DNA of 64,000 nucleotides, taken from the IMG/VR virus record IMGVR_UViG_3300008110_007313; one strand, given 5' to 3'. The translations under genes were made by a program, and so were the position numbers. The notes below the pieces were generated by a model. That model was given only the letters and a program-made list of their open reading frames with translations, was not told where the DNA came from and made no database searches. Below, one piece after another: positions 34,363 to 43,314 of this stretch. How positions within the stretch are numbered: position 1 is the stretch's first letter; every line of letters begins with the position of its first letter. The stretch is from a virus (Duplodnaviria > Caudoviricetes).

Positions 34363-35368
34363 AAACCTGTTGACTGGCTAGATTCTTGCCTTTGGCCTCA
34401 CACTCAATATCAAACTTGTCAGCAAAGGACAATGCCCAATCAGTCACAGCATCGTTCCAGTAGAAGTCACTGTGAGCACGGAGCTTTTGCTTTTTATAAC
34501 CTCTACCAAGAAGGGAAGCAAGGTCTGGGCGAACTCGTCGATCATGGTCAACCAAAATATCTTCGCGACTAACTGAGTAATGAAGAACAGGACGAATACC
34601 ACGCCAAGAGTCAATAACCCTTGCAACGCGATCATCTTGTGGGGAGATGTATTCGCCGCTGTTGATCCAATGGTGGTGTATGTCCAGTACGAGAGCCACA
34701 TGCTCAGCCACAAGTAAAGTAGTGTCAAGTCCATTAGATATTTCGTCGTTTTCTATAGTTATGAGATTTCGAGCCTCGGGACTCAATCGCTTGAGTGTTT
34801 GTAAAAACTTAGCAGGGCCGCCTTTGCCTGACAGGTGCACGTTGATACCAAAGCCATGATCATGCCAAGTGCTACCATAGCCCATCCAACGTGCCATGTC
34901 TGCATGGTATTCAAATTCTTCCACGCTACGATCCACAATTTCGTCGCTTTCCGAAGCCAGCACACAAAACTGTCCTGGATGAAAATCCAAACGCACATCC
35001 AGCCTGCGAGCAGTTTCGCCAATGGGTGCAAATATCTTTTCAAGATGACGCTGAATGTCGGACTGTTGCCACCAGGCCTTCCAGTCGCGTTCAGTGTAGC
35101 CTTGTAGCATTTCACTGCCCAGACGCACCATGCGTCGATTTTTAGGTAGTGTAGCCACACGCTCGATCATTTTTACAGCGGCAGCGGCATTGTGATTCAT
35201 GATATCCCACTGTCGCTGTTCGGCTTCGTCGCGATGCTCGCGCAGCCAGCGCATGGTAGTTGAACGCCCGTTAAGGTCCCGATCTTTTGCATTGACTTTC
35301 ATGCCGCCGCATTCGGACGGATCATTAAGCCACTTGCAACAAAAGCCAATTCGAGGATGTGTATTCAT
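34343..35368 (-). CDS. uvsE: UV damage endonuclease
   Basis: RIGFCC, RLGS, RLDFHPGQFCVLAS, IENDE, LDIHHH, HYS, RAHSD, EAKGKNLA. Confidence 0.93.
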   Translation of the reverse strand: MNTHPRIGFCCKWLNDPSECGGMKVNAKDRDLNGRSTTMRWLREHRDEAEQRQWDIMNHNAAAAVKMIERVATLPKNRRMVRLGSEMLQGYTERDWKAWWQQSDIQRHLEKIFAPIGETARRLDVRLDFHPGQFCVLASESDEIVDRSVEEFEYHADMARWMGYGSTWHDHGFGINVHLSGKGGPAKFLQTLKRLSPEARNLITIENDEISNGLDTTLLVAEHVALVLDIHHHWINSGEYISPQDDRVARVIDSWRGIRPVLHYSVSREDILVDHDRRVRPDLASLLGRGYKKQKLRAHSDFYWNDAVTDWALSFADKFDIECEAKGKNLASQQVYERYTA

Positions 35369-35374
35369 GCAGTT

Positions 35375-35403
35375 ATTATACAATAATCTGCATATATTAT
35401 CAA
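35375..35403 (-). promoter_or_regulatory. sigma70 promoter
   Basis: TTGATA-N17-TATAAT. Confidence 0.7.
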
Positions 35404-36320
35404 CCTTGAGATGCCCGAATTAGGTCTAGCGTAACACAATGAAATCCGCCGCCTAGTGTGCGACTGTGGCGTAATTCCAACGGAATCACAGTGAAACCTT
35501 TCTTTTCCAGGGTATTGGCAAGAGATGTCTGTCTTTTATCACATATAACTGTGTTTGGGTCTACTGCAAGCATATTAAGGGCAATCCATTTTGATGCATA
35601 CGGGTACTGATAAAAGTCTTGGGGCACAACCTCATCCACAAAAATCTTCTCCCAATCGCGGAACACGTTTGGGCAGTTGGATTCGTTGACTCTTGATCCA
35701 TTTAATAACACCAACCCTTCTCTCAGCGGAACCACGGTTGAATCAATATGCACGCCAGCATAAAAATTACACAATTCGATTTCTACCGTGGGAAATACAT
35801 CACACAACCATTCGTATGCTGCTCGATTGCCTGAAGCTGATTCTAAGAACAACATCCGGTCTCCCAGACGACAGATATTAGCAGCATCTAGCACCATGCC
35901 TGAATTTCTGGGCATAAAATGATAGTGTTCTACAGCATCCACAATATCGTGATAGCACTGTAGTTCCATGTCTCTACAGGGATACATCATGGCAGGATCT
36001 ACAATGGTGTTGCCGTAGACCAACAGCCGGTCACGAGGGCAATAGTTATACATGCCGTCGTGCACTTGGAAGTTCAGTGGTTCTGGACGCACAACTTCGA
36101 CCCCTAGGCTCGACAGTGTCATTGCCAGTTTGTTGAGATCCTCGTTGGTTTCGTCAATGATGTGTTGTGGCACTGGACCGCTGGGCACAGGCGTTTCAGT
36201 CCAGGTTGTTTTTTGTGATTCTTGAGAAAATACAGGATCCAGCACAGGCCAGTTGGCATGGGAAGCATCACCGACCACAATTTTTTTCAGTGGGCTCCAC
36301 TCGTCGTAGCTAGATATCAT
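35400..36320 (-). CDS. amidinotransferase (glycine amidinotransferase / StrB1-like)
   Basis: EWSPLKKIVVG, YCPRD, LDAANI, HIDST, TLGGGFHCVTLDLIR. Confidence 0.9.
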   Translation of the reverse strand: MISSYDEWSPLKKIVVGDASHANWPVLDPVFSQESQKTTWTETPVPSGPVPQHIIDETNEDLNKLAMTLSSLGVEVVRPEPLNFQVHDGMYNYCPRDRLLVYGNTIVDPAMMYPCRDMELQCYHDIVDAVEHYHFMPRNSGMVLDAANICRLGDRMLFLESASGNRAAYEWLCDVFPTVEIELCNFYAGVHIDSTVVPLREGLVLLNGSRVNESNCPNVFRDWEKIFVDEVVPQDFYQYPYASKWIALNMLAVDPNTVICDKRQTSLANTLEKKGFTVIPLELRHSRTLGGGFHCVTLDLIRASQG

Positions 36321-36835
36321 AGGTGTCCTGTAATTTGCAATGTATAACGATCTTCTAAACCGACGTTTGCTGCCATGTGTGGTGTGTTATAAACCCATTC
36401 TACTGTGTCTCCGGCACGCCAGTTTACGTATGGTTTGCCTTCAACTTCTAAATAGTGGCCTGGTTTCCAATCTTCCAGCAACAGCAATGCCCGTCTAATG
36501 GTATGTTCATGACCTTCAAGATCAAACAGTTCAATATAGCGTTTGTAAAGATCACTGTGTACTGGCATCACTGTGCCTGTGGGCATGCGATAAAAAGCAA
36601 GACCAATATTTCGCCAACCTTGCTCGGCATAGATGTTGATGAACTTGCTAGCCCAGTTAGGTAAACGATGTCGCATGTCGCACAAGTCGCCACAGATTTT
36701 ATCGTTGTATCCTTGACTGAGCCATAGGCTCACTGTGTCAGGATCATTGAACGGTTCTTGGATGTAGTCCAGTGTTTTGAACTCATCATCCCAGAACCGG
36801 TCTATGTGATACTTAATGCTTACGGGTGTTGCCAT
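36317..36835 (-). CDS. 2OG-Fe(II)/Asp-beta-hydroxylase-like dioxygenase
   Basis: MPVHSD (HxD), PHMAANVG, RYTLQITG. Confidence 0.75.
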   Translation of the reverse strand: MATPVSIKYHIDRFWDDEFKTLDYIQEPFNDPDTVSLWLSQGYNDKICGDLCDMRHRLPNWASKFINIYAEQGWRNIGLAFYRMPTGTVMPVHSDLYKRYIELFDLEGHEHTIRRALLLLEDWKPGHYLEVEGKPYVNWRAGDTVEWVYNTPHMAANVGLEDRYTLQITGHL

Positions 36836-37997
36836 AGTGAACAACTTTGACTGAGCTGGTTGAAGCCAGTTTGCGCCACGGATCAACAATTACTGATCCT
36901 GGTTTGATATCACAATAGGCCTGTGTGTCTTTTTGTTCACCGGTGTACTCATAAGTGATCTTGCGATTGTGTGCCCACAAATACACAGCAGGTTGGTTGA
37001 CTTCTGTAACCACTTCGTCCTGGTTGTCTGCTAACGGATCGACATACACCACAGGCATGCCTGCTTCTTTGACATAGTGTCCAACCAAGGTAGAGTATGA
37101 ACCAATACAGTATTCAACATCGGGCTTGTAGGCTTTGCCGTGAATCACAATAGGCAGGCCTGTTTTCTTAGCCTCTTCAACCAGGAACAGACCCAAGTTT
37201 TTGGCCTGGATCTCACGAGCATGCATAATTGTGTCAAACAAGTCATAGCCCACTTCATAGTGTTCGGCCAACCAACGCAGGGCAATGGGACCTTGCAGTC
37301 GCATGGTACTGCGAGCCAAGGCGTTGGTAACAACGTCAACGTTGATGTTGCCAATCTTCATGGCAAAGTCTTGAATCATGTTCACAATACCAACCTTAGC
37401 TGAAATGTAGGTGTTGTAGAAGATCTTGATGGCTTCGCATTCGTCCCAGGTACCAATCTCGTAGCGTGGATCGTTGTTCATGATGGTCTTGTACAGTTCA
37501 ATTAACTCACCAGCAACGCCAGTAAGGTCACCATCTTCTGTGCCAATGATAACCATTTCAGGATTGGCCATATCCCACTTCACTGAGCCCATGGCAATCA
37601 AGTACGGGTTGTACAAGAACTGGTGTTTAGGATCTAGCAATGTAATAAATTTGCTACGAGTAGTACCGGGCAATACTGTACTAATCAATACAACCTTTTT
37701 GCTGGACTTGGCGTGCTGATTGACTTTTGTAATAGCGTCAATTACAGCATCGTGGCCAAAGTCTCGAGGCTCCATGTGACTCGATGGCACTGAACCGTCA
37801 TAGCCTTCGGCATGCGGAGTGGGCACTGCAATAAAGATCCAGTCACTTTTGTTCACAAGTTCTTCAATGTCGCAGACTTTTACACTGTCGCTTTGTCGTG
37901 GGTAAATATCGTAACCACGCACTTCGTGCTTTTCTGCCATAACTTCGGCACAATCAAGGCCAAGTTTACCGATACCAATAAAACCAATTTTTTCCAT
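36813..37997 (-). CDS. ugd: UDP-glucose/GDP-mannose dehydrogenase family protein lacking the catalytic Cys motif
   Basis: GIGKLG Rossmann, FIAVPTP, ISTVLPGT, YNP, K-FYNTYISAK, GKAYKPDV, VDPWR; GxxCxPxD segment absent. Confidence 0.85.
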   Translation of the reverse strand: MEKIGFIGIGKLGLDCAEVMAEKHEVRGYDIYPRQSDSVKVCDIEELVNKSDWIFIAVPTPHAEGYDGSVPSSHMEPRDFGHDAVIDAITKVNQHAKSSKKVVLISTVLPGTTRSKFITLLDPKHQFLYNPYLIAMGSVKWDMANPEMVIIGTEDGDLTGVAGELIELYKTIMNNDPRYEIGTWDECEAIKIFYNTYISAKVGIVNMIQDFAMKIGNINVDVVTNALARSTMRLQGPIALRWLAEHYEVGYDLFDTIMHAREIQAKNLGLFLVEEAKKTGLPIVIHGKAYKPDVEYCIGSYSTLVGHYVKEAGMPVVYVDPLADNQDEVVTEVNQPAVYLWAHNRKITYEYTGEQKDTQAYCDIKPGSVIVDPWRKLASTSSVKVVHYGNTRKH

Positions 37998-38000
37998 ATA

Positions 38001-39263
38001 ATGAGCGTTCCTTTAGATAGATTATACAATCACATAGACAGTCTTTGCGACCATGACGTAATAATTTATCGCTTTTTTCCGCATGGTTCGAAAAAACTCA
38101 GTGATTTAAAAATGTTACAATCATGGAACTGGTTTGAATATATGACTCGACCATTGGCAATATTTCACGATCAGGAGCCGTTAGACTACGATCTCTACAG
38201 CCAACAAGAAGTGTTAGCAACCATTGAGTGTTATGGATTGCCCGCGGTCATGCAGGACATTGCCAAACATACACATTTACGCGGAGTAACCTCGGGGATT
38301 CTGGGAGTGTGTGACAAATCAATCATTGTTCACTCAGAGCAAAACAGTAGTGAAATTCAAAAATATGAACACAATGATTTTGTTGGCGTGTATTGGTGGA
38401 GTCATGCAGCAATTGCAAGAGATTGGTTTAGATATGCCGAGCATGATCCTAACTTAACATTCCGGCACAATCGCAGTCACAAAGATTTCCTGATCTACAA
38501 CCGAGCTTGGCAAGGAACCAGGGAATACAGATTAAAATTTGCTGAACTGTTGGTGCAGGCTGATTTGATAAAAGACTGCAATACAAAATTTTCAGCCACA
38601 GACAACCAACAGTACTACAGTCAACATCAGTTTGTCAACCCACAATTTCAAGTTTCTACGGCTCTAGAAAACTATATTCCTACAAACAACCATGATGCCA
38701 GCGCCAGTGCTGACTATGACAGCAATGACTATCAGACGTCAAACATAGAAGTAGTACTAGAAACACTGTTTGATGACACACGATGGCATCTAACTGAAAA
38801 AAGCCTAAGACCTATTGCTGTTGGCAAGCCATTTTTGTTGATGTCCACACCTGGCAGCTTGAAATATCTTCGCAGTTATGGGTTTGAAACTTTTGCGCCG
38901 CTGATTGATGAAAGCTACGATAGTATCGTTGATCCTGTAGACCGCATGCTCGCAGTGATCAAAGAAATGCAACGTATATCTCAACTGGGTGCCAGTGCAA
39001 AAACAGCATTGTATCAAGAACTCAATAACATCGCTGCAAGAAACAAACAACGTTTTTTCAGCAGAGCTTGGCAAGATCAAATATTTGCTGAGTTGAAAAC
39101 GAATCTAGAAGAAAAAATCAATTACTTGAACAACAACTGTGTTGGTGCAAAGTTTTGGAAGCAGGCTAATCCTGAACCAGCGCAACGATTAGTTGGTATA
39201 AAAACAGCCGTTGGCAACGAAATAGAACAGTTTAGTCAGTGGATGAAGTCAAAAGGCCTTTGA
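38001..39263 (+). CDS. glycosyltransferase-like protein (GT10-like E...TEK motif)
   Basis: EVVLETLFDDTRWHLTEKSLRPI-LRSYGFETF-IDESYD; start MSVPLD assumed. Confidence 0.6.
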   Translation: MSVPLDRLYNHIDSLCDHDVIIYRFFPHGSKKLSDLKMLQSWNWFEYMTRPLAIFHDQEPLDYDLYSQQEVLATIECYGLPAVMQDIAKHTHLRGVTSGILGVCDKSIIVHSEQNSSEIQKYEHNDFVGVYWWSHAAIARDWFRYAEHDPNLTFRHNRSHKDFLIYNRAWQGTREYRLKFAELLVQADLIKDCNTKFSATDNQQYYSQHQFVNPQFQVSTALENYIPTNNHDASASADYDSNDYQTSNIEVVLETLFDDTRWHLTEKSLRPIAVGKPFLLMSTPGSLKYLRSYGFETFAPLIDESYDSIVDPVDRMLAVIKEMQRISQLGASAKTALYQELNNIAARNKQRFFSRAWQDQIFAELKTNLEEKINYLNNNCVGAKFWKQANPEPAQRLVGIKTAVGNEIEQFSQWMKSKGL

Positions 39264-40095
39264 GTCTCTCAAAAACTGCATCGTAGTTGTTGACAGTGTC
39301 CGATGCAAAATCAAAACTCAACATGTTCATCTGTGGGTTTTTGTCACTGATAACATTGAAGGTTTGTGGAAAATCATTGTGTGTGACTTGCTCTAGTTTC
39401 TTAAATTCAAACCGACGTTGTTCTACTAGATCAACTGCACTGCCTTGTGCCAGTACCCAATTACCCAAAACTTCATACTCACTGAACCACTTGACATTGG
39501 CCACATAGTCCCACGGAGTGTATTCAATCATAGCATCCAGTACATTCATGCCATGACGTTGTTCAATAAGGCGTTTTAGATTAGCCCAGTCCTGACTGAA
39601 CACAGGCATCATGTCGCATACAAAACAGTGAGGGGTCTGTCGCTCTAGACCAGTGATTGCTTGGAACCCTTCGTAGTATCCAGGAGCATGTTTTATGTTG
39701 GGCAGGTTCCAGAGTTGCAATCGCCCTTCAACTTGGTACTGATATGGGCTAGTGCAAAAAGTATCTGCATCGTGCAAGAACAATATGTCATGATCCAACA
39801 AGTCAATCATGGCCAGTTTCAAGGCCTGTTGAAACAACCAGGCACCGCGATAGTCGCCGCTAATGTTCCAGTTTTTTACAGTTGGGCGTTGATCAATAAC
39901 TTCTTGGTCAGTGAGATACACAAAGTTTGAAGTATCAATGCCGTATTTGACAAACACAGAATTTAATCGTTGTCCATTCAATGGCGAAACAATGTAGGTC
40001 TGGTCTACAGGCTGTAGATAACGATCAAATTGCAGTGTTAAACAGGCGTTGCCAATACGATGGGCGCCTACTGGCATTATTCGTGCTGTTCTCAC
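39232..40095 (-). CDS. DUF6492-like / GT-A-fold protein
   Basis: GAWLFQQALKL, HDADT (DxD), FSEYEVLG. Confidence 0.65.
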   Translation of the reverse strand: MRTARIMPVGAHRIGNACLTLQFDRYLQPVDQTYIVSPLNGQRLNSVFVKYGIDTSNFVYLTDQEVIDQRPTVKNWNISGDYRGAWLFQQALKLAMIDLLDHDILFLHDADTFCTSPYQYQVEGRLQLWNLPNIKHAPGYYEGFQAITGLERQTPHCFVCDMMPVFSQDWANLKRLIEQRHGMNVLDAMIEYTPWDYVANVKWFSEYEVLGNWVLAQGSAVDLVEQRRFEFKKLEQVTHNDFPQTFNVISDKNPQMNMLSFDFASDTVNNYDAVFERLKGLLTSSTD

Positions 40096-40114
40096 AATGA
40101 TTCCCGGTAAAATC

Positions 40115-40477
40115 TTATTTACCGGGTTGTGTCAGTGTTCCGTCCCAGTCGTCTGCTGGCGGGGTTTCTCGGAATGTTTTAATACGTTCTAAAAGATTGT
40201 CGTAAAAACTGTCAAGCTCGCCAGACCATTTTCCCTTGAGTGTTTCGCCGATGGCCTGCTCGCAGTACTCCCAGTGACGTTGCTTGTAGTGTTTGATTAC
40301 ATTTTCGTGCAGCTCTTTGAGATTTGCTGCCACAGGAAATTCGGTTAGTGGAATGCGCTCAATTAAACAGTAAGCAGTCACCGGCAACATTTCTGGTGGT
40401 CTACGCACAGTGTCTAGTTCCAATACCGTATAGCTGTCAGGTACGTTTTGTGCCACTTCGCCAAATATAATGTGCAT
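40115..40477 (-). CDS. hypothetical protein
   Basis: 120 aa; YTVLELDT-GKWSGELDSFY. Confidence 0.7.
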   Translation of the reverse strand: MHIIFGEVAQNVPDSYTVLELDTVRRPPEMLPVTAYCLIERIPLTEFPVAANLKELHENVIKHYKQRHWEYCEQAIGETLKGKWSGELDSFYDNLLERIKTFRETPPADDWDGTLTQPGK

Positions 40478-40498
40478 GTTAATTCCTTTTAAATATGT

Positions 40499-41290
40499 AT
40501 GATGAGTTTTGTATTTGATTTAATTTCTGATTTACATGTTGACACATGGGACGAAAACAATTGGGAAGGTATTGCTACCAGCCCAGTTTGTGTGGTGGCA
40601 GGAGATGTCAGCAAAGATCGAGCCCAGGTAGTTGACACACTGCGACGACTGGGTAAAACCTACCAAGCGGTGTTCTACATTGATGGCAACGACGAACATC
40701 AGGCCTATCTTGGTAACCTGGGCTACAGTTATGCTGATCTAGTTGGCAAAATTAACAAAATACCCAATCTAGTCTATCTACAAGACAACGTGGTTGTGAT
40801 AGATGGTGTGGCCATTATTGGTACCAATGGTTGGTGGGGATTTGATTTTGATCTAAGTGTAGACGGTCTTGCTAGTGCAGAATGGTACAAAGAAAAATTT
40901 TCTCTCAGTAACGAAGCCATCAAGGCTATCAGCAAAATGGCTACCAACGATGCTATGTATCTAATCAATTCAGTAAAACGCCTACAAACTCATTTGGACG
41001 TAAACAAAATTGTAATAGTAACTCACACTGTGCCTAACGCTGCATTGATCTCGCATGACATTGATCTAGAAGGCAAGCTCAAGTTTAATACCATGGGCAA
41101 CCGCTACATGGATCAGGTGCTAGATGCAGACACTGAAAACAAAATACATACCTGGTGCTTTGGACACTATCATGGCTCAGTGGATCAGCATAAAAATAAT
41201 ATTCGCTATGTAAACAACTGTAGAGGCAGGGGTGATACACCTTATAAAAAATATGTGTACCACCCTTTGCGTGTGGTTATAGATTATTGA
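40499..41290 (+). CDS. calcineurin-like metallophosphoesterase
   Basis: SDLHVD, AGDV, DGNDEH, THTVP, FGHYH. Confidence 0.88.
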   Translation: MMSFVFDLISDLHVDTWDENNWEGIATSPVCVVAGDVSKDRAQVVDTLRRLGKTYQAVFYIDGNDEHQAYLGNLGYSYADLVGKINKIPNLVYLQDNVVVIDGVAIIGTNGWWGFDFDLSVDGLASAEWYKEKFSLSNEAIKAISKMATNDAMYLINSVKRLQTHLDVNKIVIVTHTVPNAALISHDIDLEGKLKFNTMGNRYMDQVLDADTENKIHTWCFGHYHGSVDQHKNNIRYVNNCRGRGDTPYKKYVYHPLRVVIDY

Positions 41291-41595
41291 ACAGTGTCTG
41301 GTTCAAGTTTGATCTGCAATGGATAACTTTGAGCTCGGGCACTTACAGTAACTTCAATACCTTTTTGTTCAGCAATTTCGTAGGGCAACACCGCAACCAC
41401 AGCCGAACCTGCTTCATGAATATCTTCTGTGATGGTAAACGCAGTTTCTTCAGTGTAGTCAAAAAACTCCATTAAACTTTCAATCACAAACTCCATGGTG
41501 GTCTGATTGTCGTTGAGATAGATCACCTTGTACATCGGCGGTTCTTTGATTGATGTATTTGTTTTGACTCGTGATCTGATTTCAGATTGCGACAT
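41284..41595 (-). CDS. clpS: Clp protease adaptor ClpS
   Basis: PPMYKVIYLNDNQTTMEFVI-IHEAGSAVV-YEIAE-YPL; start MSQSEI. Confidence 0.92.
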   Translation of the reverse strand: MSQSEIRSRVKTNTSIKEPPMYKVIYLNDNQTTMEFVIESLMEFFDYTEETAFTITEDIHEAGSAVVAVLPYEIAEQKGIEVTVSARAQSYPLQIKLEPDTVQ

Positions 41596-42271
41596 TTTTT
41601 TCTCCTTTGTTGTAATGTGCATGAATTTGCACAAGGTCTTTGTTGATAAACTTGTTGTATTTGTGCCAGTTTCCTGAGCAATGTATCTGTGATGCCAAGA
41701 AGAATACACCACTACCAGCAGTATAACGGAAAACACCGTCGGGTGTCAACCAGTCCAAAAAGTGTTGCTGATGAACTGGGTCAATTGAATGTTCAAGATC
41801 TTCAGTTTCGCTGATGTTGCAGATCTTGGTTGCAGGATTGGGCGCAGGTGTAGCCCAGTCGTACAGCATTTGACTCAGGTGGTCGTTGCTGTTGGCTTCT
41901 TCTTTGCACAGTATCACATTGAATTCGGGATGCGTATCCAATGCAATAATAACAGTGTAGGTAGGAACATCAAAGTGTTTGCAGTAATCGTCCACATGTG
42001 TGCTGTGGGGCAGACTTTGACGCTGATAGTTGGCCCATATGTTTTCACACCCAGGCAAAAAGTGATGGGTGACTCTTTGTACAATATCCCAGCACTGTTG
42101 ACTTTTTGAAGGTTCAATCAACAGTCTATGATCAATTATGGGTCCTTGGTCCACCATGAGATGATCATCGGTAGTAGCATTCACGTACTTTTCTGTAGAG
42201 AATGTGTTGTAGTATTGTTTGAATAATTCAATCTCATCTGCAGAAATGAGATTGTGTTCGATTTGAGCCAT
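41582..42271 (-). CDS. 2OG-Fe(II) oxygenase-like protein
   Basis: THVDD (HxD), YTVIIAL, QIHCS; similar layout to 21894..22547. Confidence 0.6.
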   Translation of the reverse strand: MAQIEHNLISADEIELFKQYYNTFSTEKYVNATTDDHLMVDQGPIIDHRLLIEPSKSQQCWDIVQRVTHHFLPGCENIWANYQRQSLPHSTHVDDYCKHFDVPTYTVIIALDTHPEFNVILCKEEANSNDHLSQMLYDWATPAPNPATKICNISETEDLEHSIDPVHQQHFLDWLTPDGVFRYTAGSGVFFLASQIHCSGNWHKYNKFINKDLVQIHAHYNKGEKNVAI

Positions 42272-42319
42272 GGTGTTCCTAAACAGTGGCAGTTTCCTGC
42301 CACTGTATTTACTCTGACA

Positions 42320-42778
42320 TCAAGCAGTGTAGCTGATAGCAATGGTCTTTGGCTTGGCGTCTTCAGGAACTTCACGTGTTAGGTGTATGTTCAAGATGCC
42401 CAGTTCAAGATGCGCATTGCTGATCTCCACGTGGTCAGCTAATTGAAATTCTCTACGAAAACTTCTTTCACTGATGCCTTTGTGCAGATATTTTGCAGTG
42501 GCGTCTTCATTGTCCACAGTTTCGCGGCTGTGTTTGCCTTCGATGATCAAGACTTTTTTGTCCTTGGTCACTGAAAGATTGTCGTGCCCAAAGCCGGCTA
42601 CGGCCACGCTGATCATGTACTCGTCATCATTGATTTGTACAATATCGTAGGGTGGGTAGTTGGTGTTGCCTTGTTGCGCATTCAATCGCATTAGTTCATC
42701 AAACATTGAATCAAAACCGATACCAAATTTGTGAATTGCGGGAATGTCGAAAGAACGAAGGGTGAGAGTTTTTGTCAT
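42320..42778 (-). CDS. small heat shock protein Hsp20 (IbpA-like)
   Basis: NYPPYDI, AVAGF, YLHKGISERSFRREFQL, GILNI. Confidence 0.95.
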   Translation of the reverse strand: MTKTLTLRSFDIPAIHKFGIGFDSMFDELMRLNAQQGNTNYPPYDIVQINDDEYMISVAVAGFGHDNLSVTKDKKVLIIEGKHSRETVDNEDATAKYLHKGISERSFRREFQLADHVEISNAHLELGILNIHLTREVPEDAKPKTIAISYTA

Positions 42779-42870
42779 TTGTTTTCTCCTTTATTAAGCA
42801 AGATGACTTTTGAAATGTAGCCCGACCATCGGCACTACAAACATATTTATACAGGAAATCTCAACTCTTG

Positions 42871-43089
42871 TCAAGATTTTTCGATATTTTTTATTTCGTA
42901 ATCGCATGCAACCCAGGTCATAGCAAAAAGAGTAAAATGCTCTGGGTGATTTAACCCAAGTCGATATTTTAAGCCTTTGGCAACTTTGGTTGTGTAAGGT
43001 ATCTTGTAGCGGTTGGCCCAGGCGTTAACTGTATCTTTGAGACTATCGAAACTGTCCATGCTTGTGACAATATCAAACTCAATGTACAT
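42871..43089 (-). CDS. small hypothetical protein (...F-x-x-x-W family)
   Basis: 72 aa; HFTLFAMTW. Confidence 0.65.
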   Translation of the reverse strand: MYIEFDIVTSMDSFDSLKDTVNAWANRYKIPYTTKVAKGLKYRLGLNHPEHFTLFAMTWVACDYEIKNIEKS

Positions 43090-43313
43090 TAGAACATTTT
43101 TTTGGGCAGTTCTTGTTCACGCAGTTTCTTACGCCAGCGTTGTTTGGCTGCTGACGCTCTGAGTTTGCGTTGAGTTGTGGGTTTGATATAGTGTTCACGA
43201 TCTCGCAGATCATTTAGCATGCCCGAAGCAGCAATTTTCTTTTTGAATTTACGCAAGGCACGATCTACGTTGCCGTCTTGTACCAGTACTGATCTTCCGT
43301 GTAGTTTTTCCAT
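43089..43313 (-). CDS. rpsU: 30S ribosomal protein S21 (bS21)
   Basis: NVDRALRKFKKK-REHYIKPTTQRK, basic C-terminus. Confidence 0.92.
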   Translation of the reverse strand: MEKLHGRSVLVQDGNVDRALRKFKKKIAASGMLNDLRDREHYIKPTTQRKLRASAAKQRWRKKLREQELPKKMF

Positions 43314-43314
43314 G

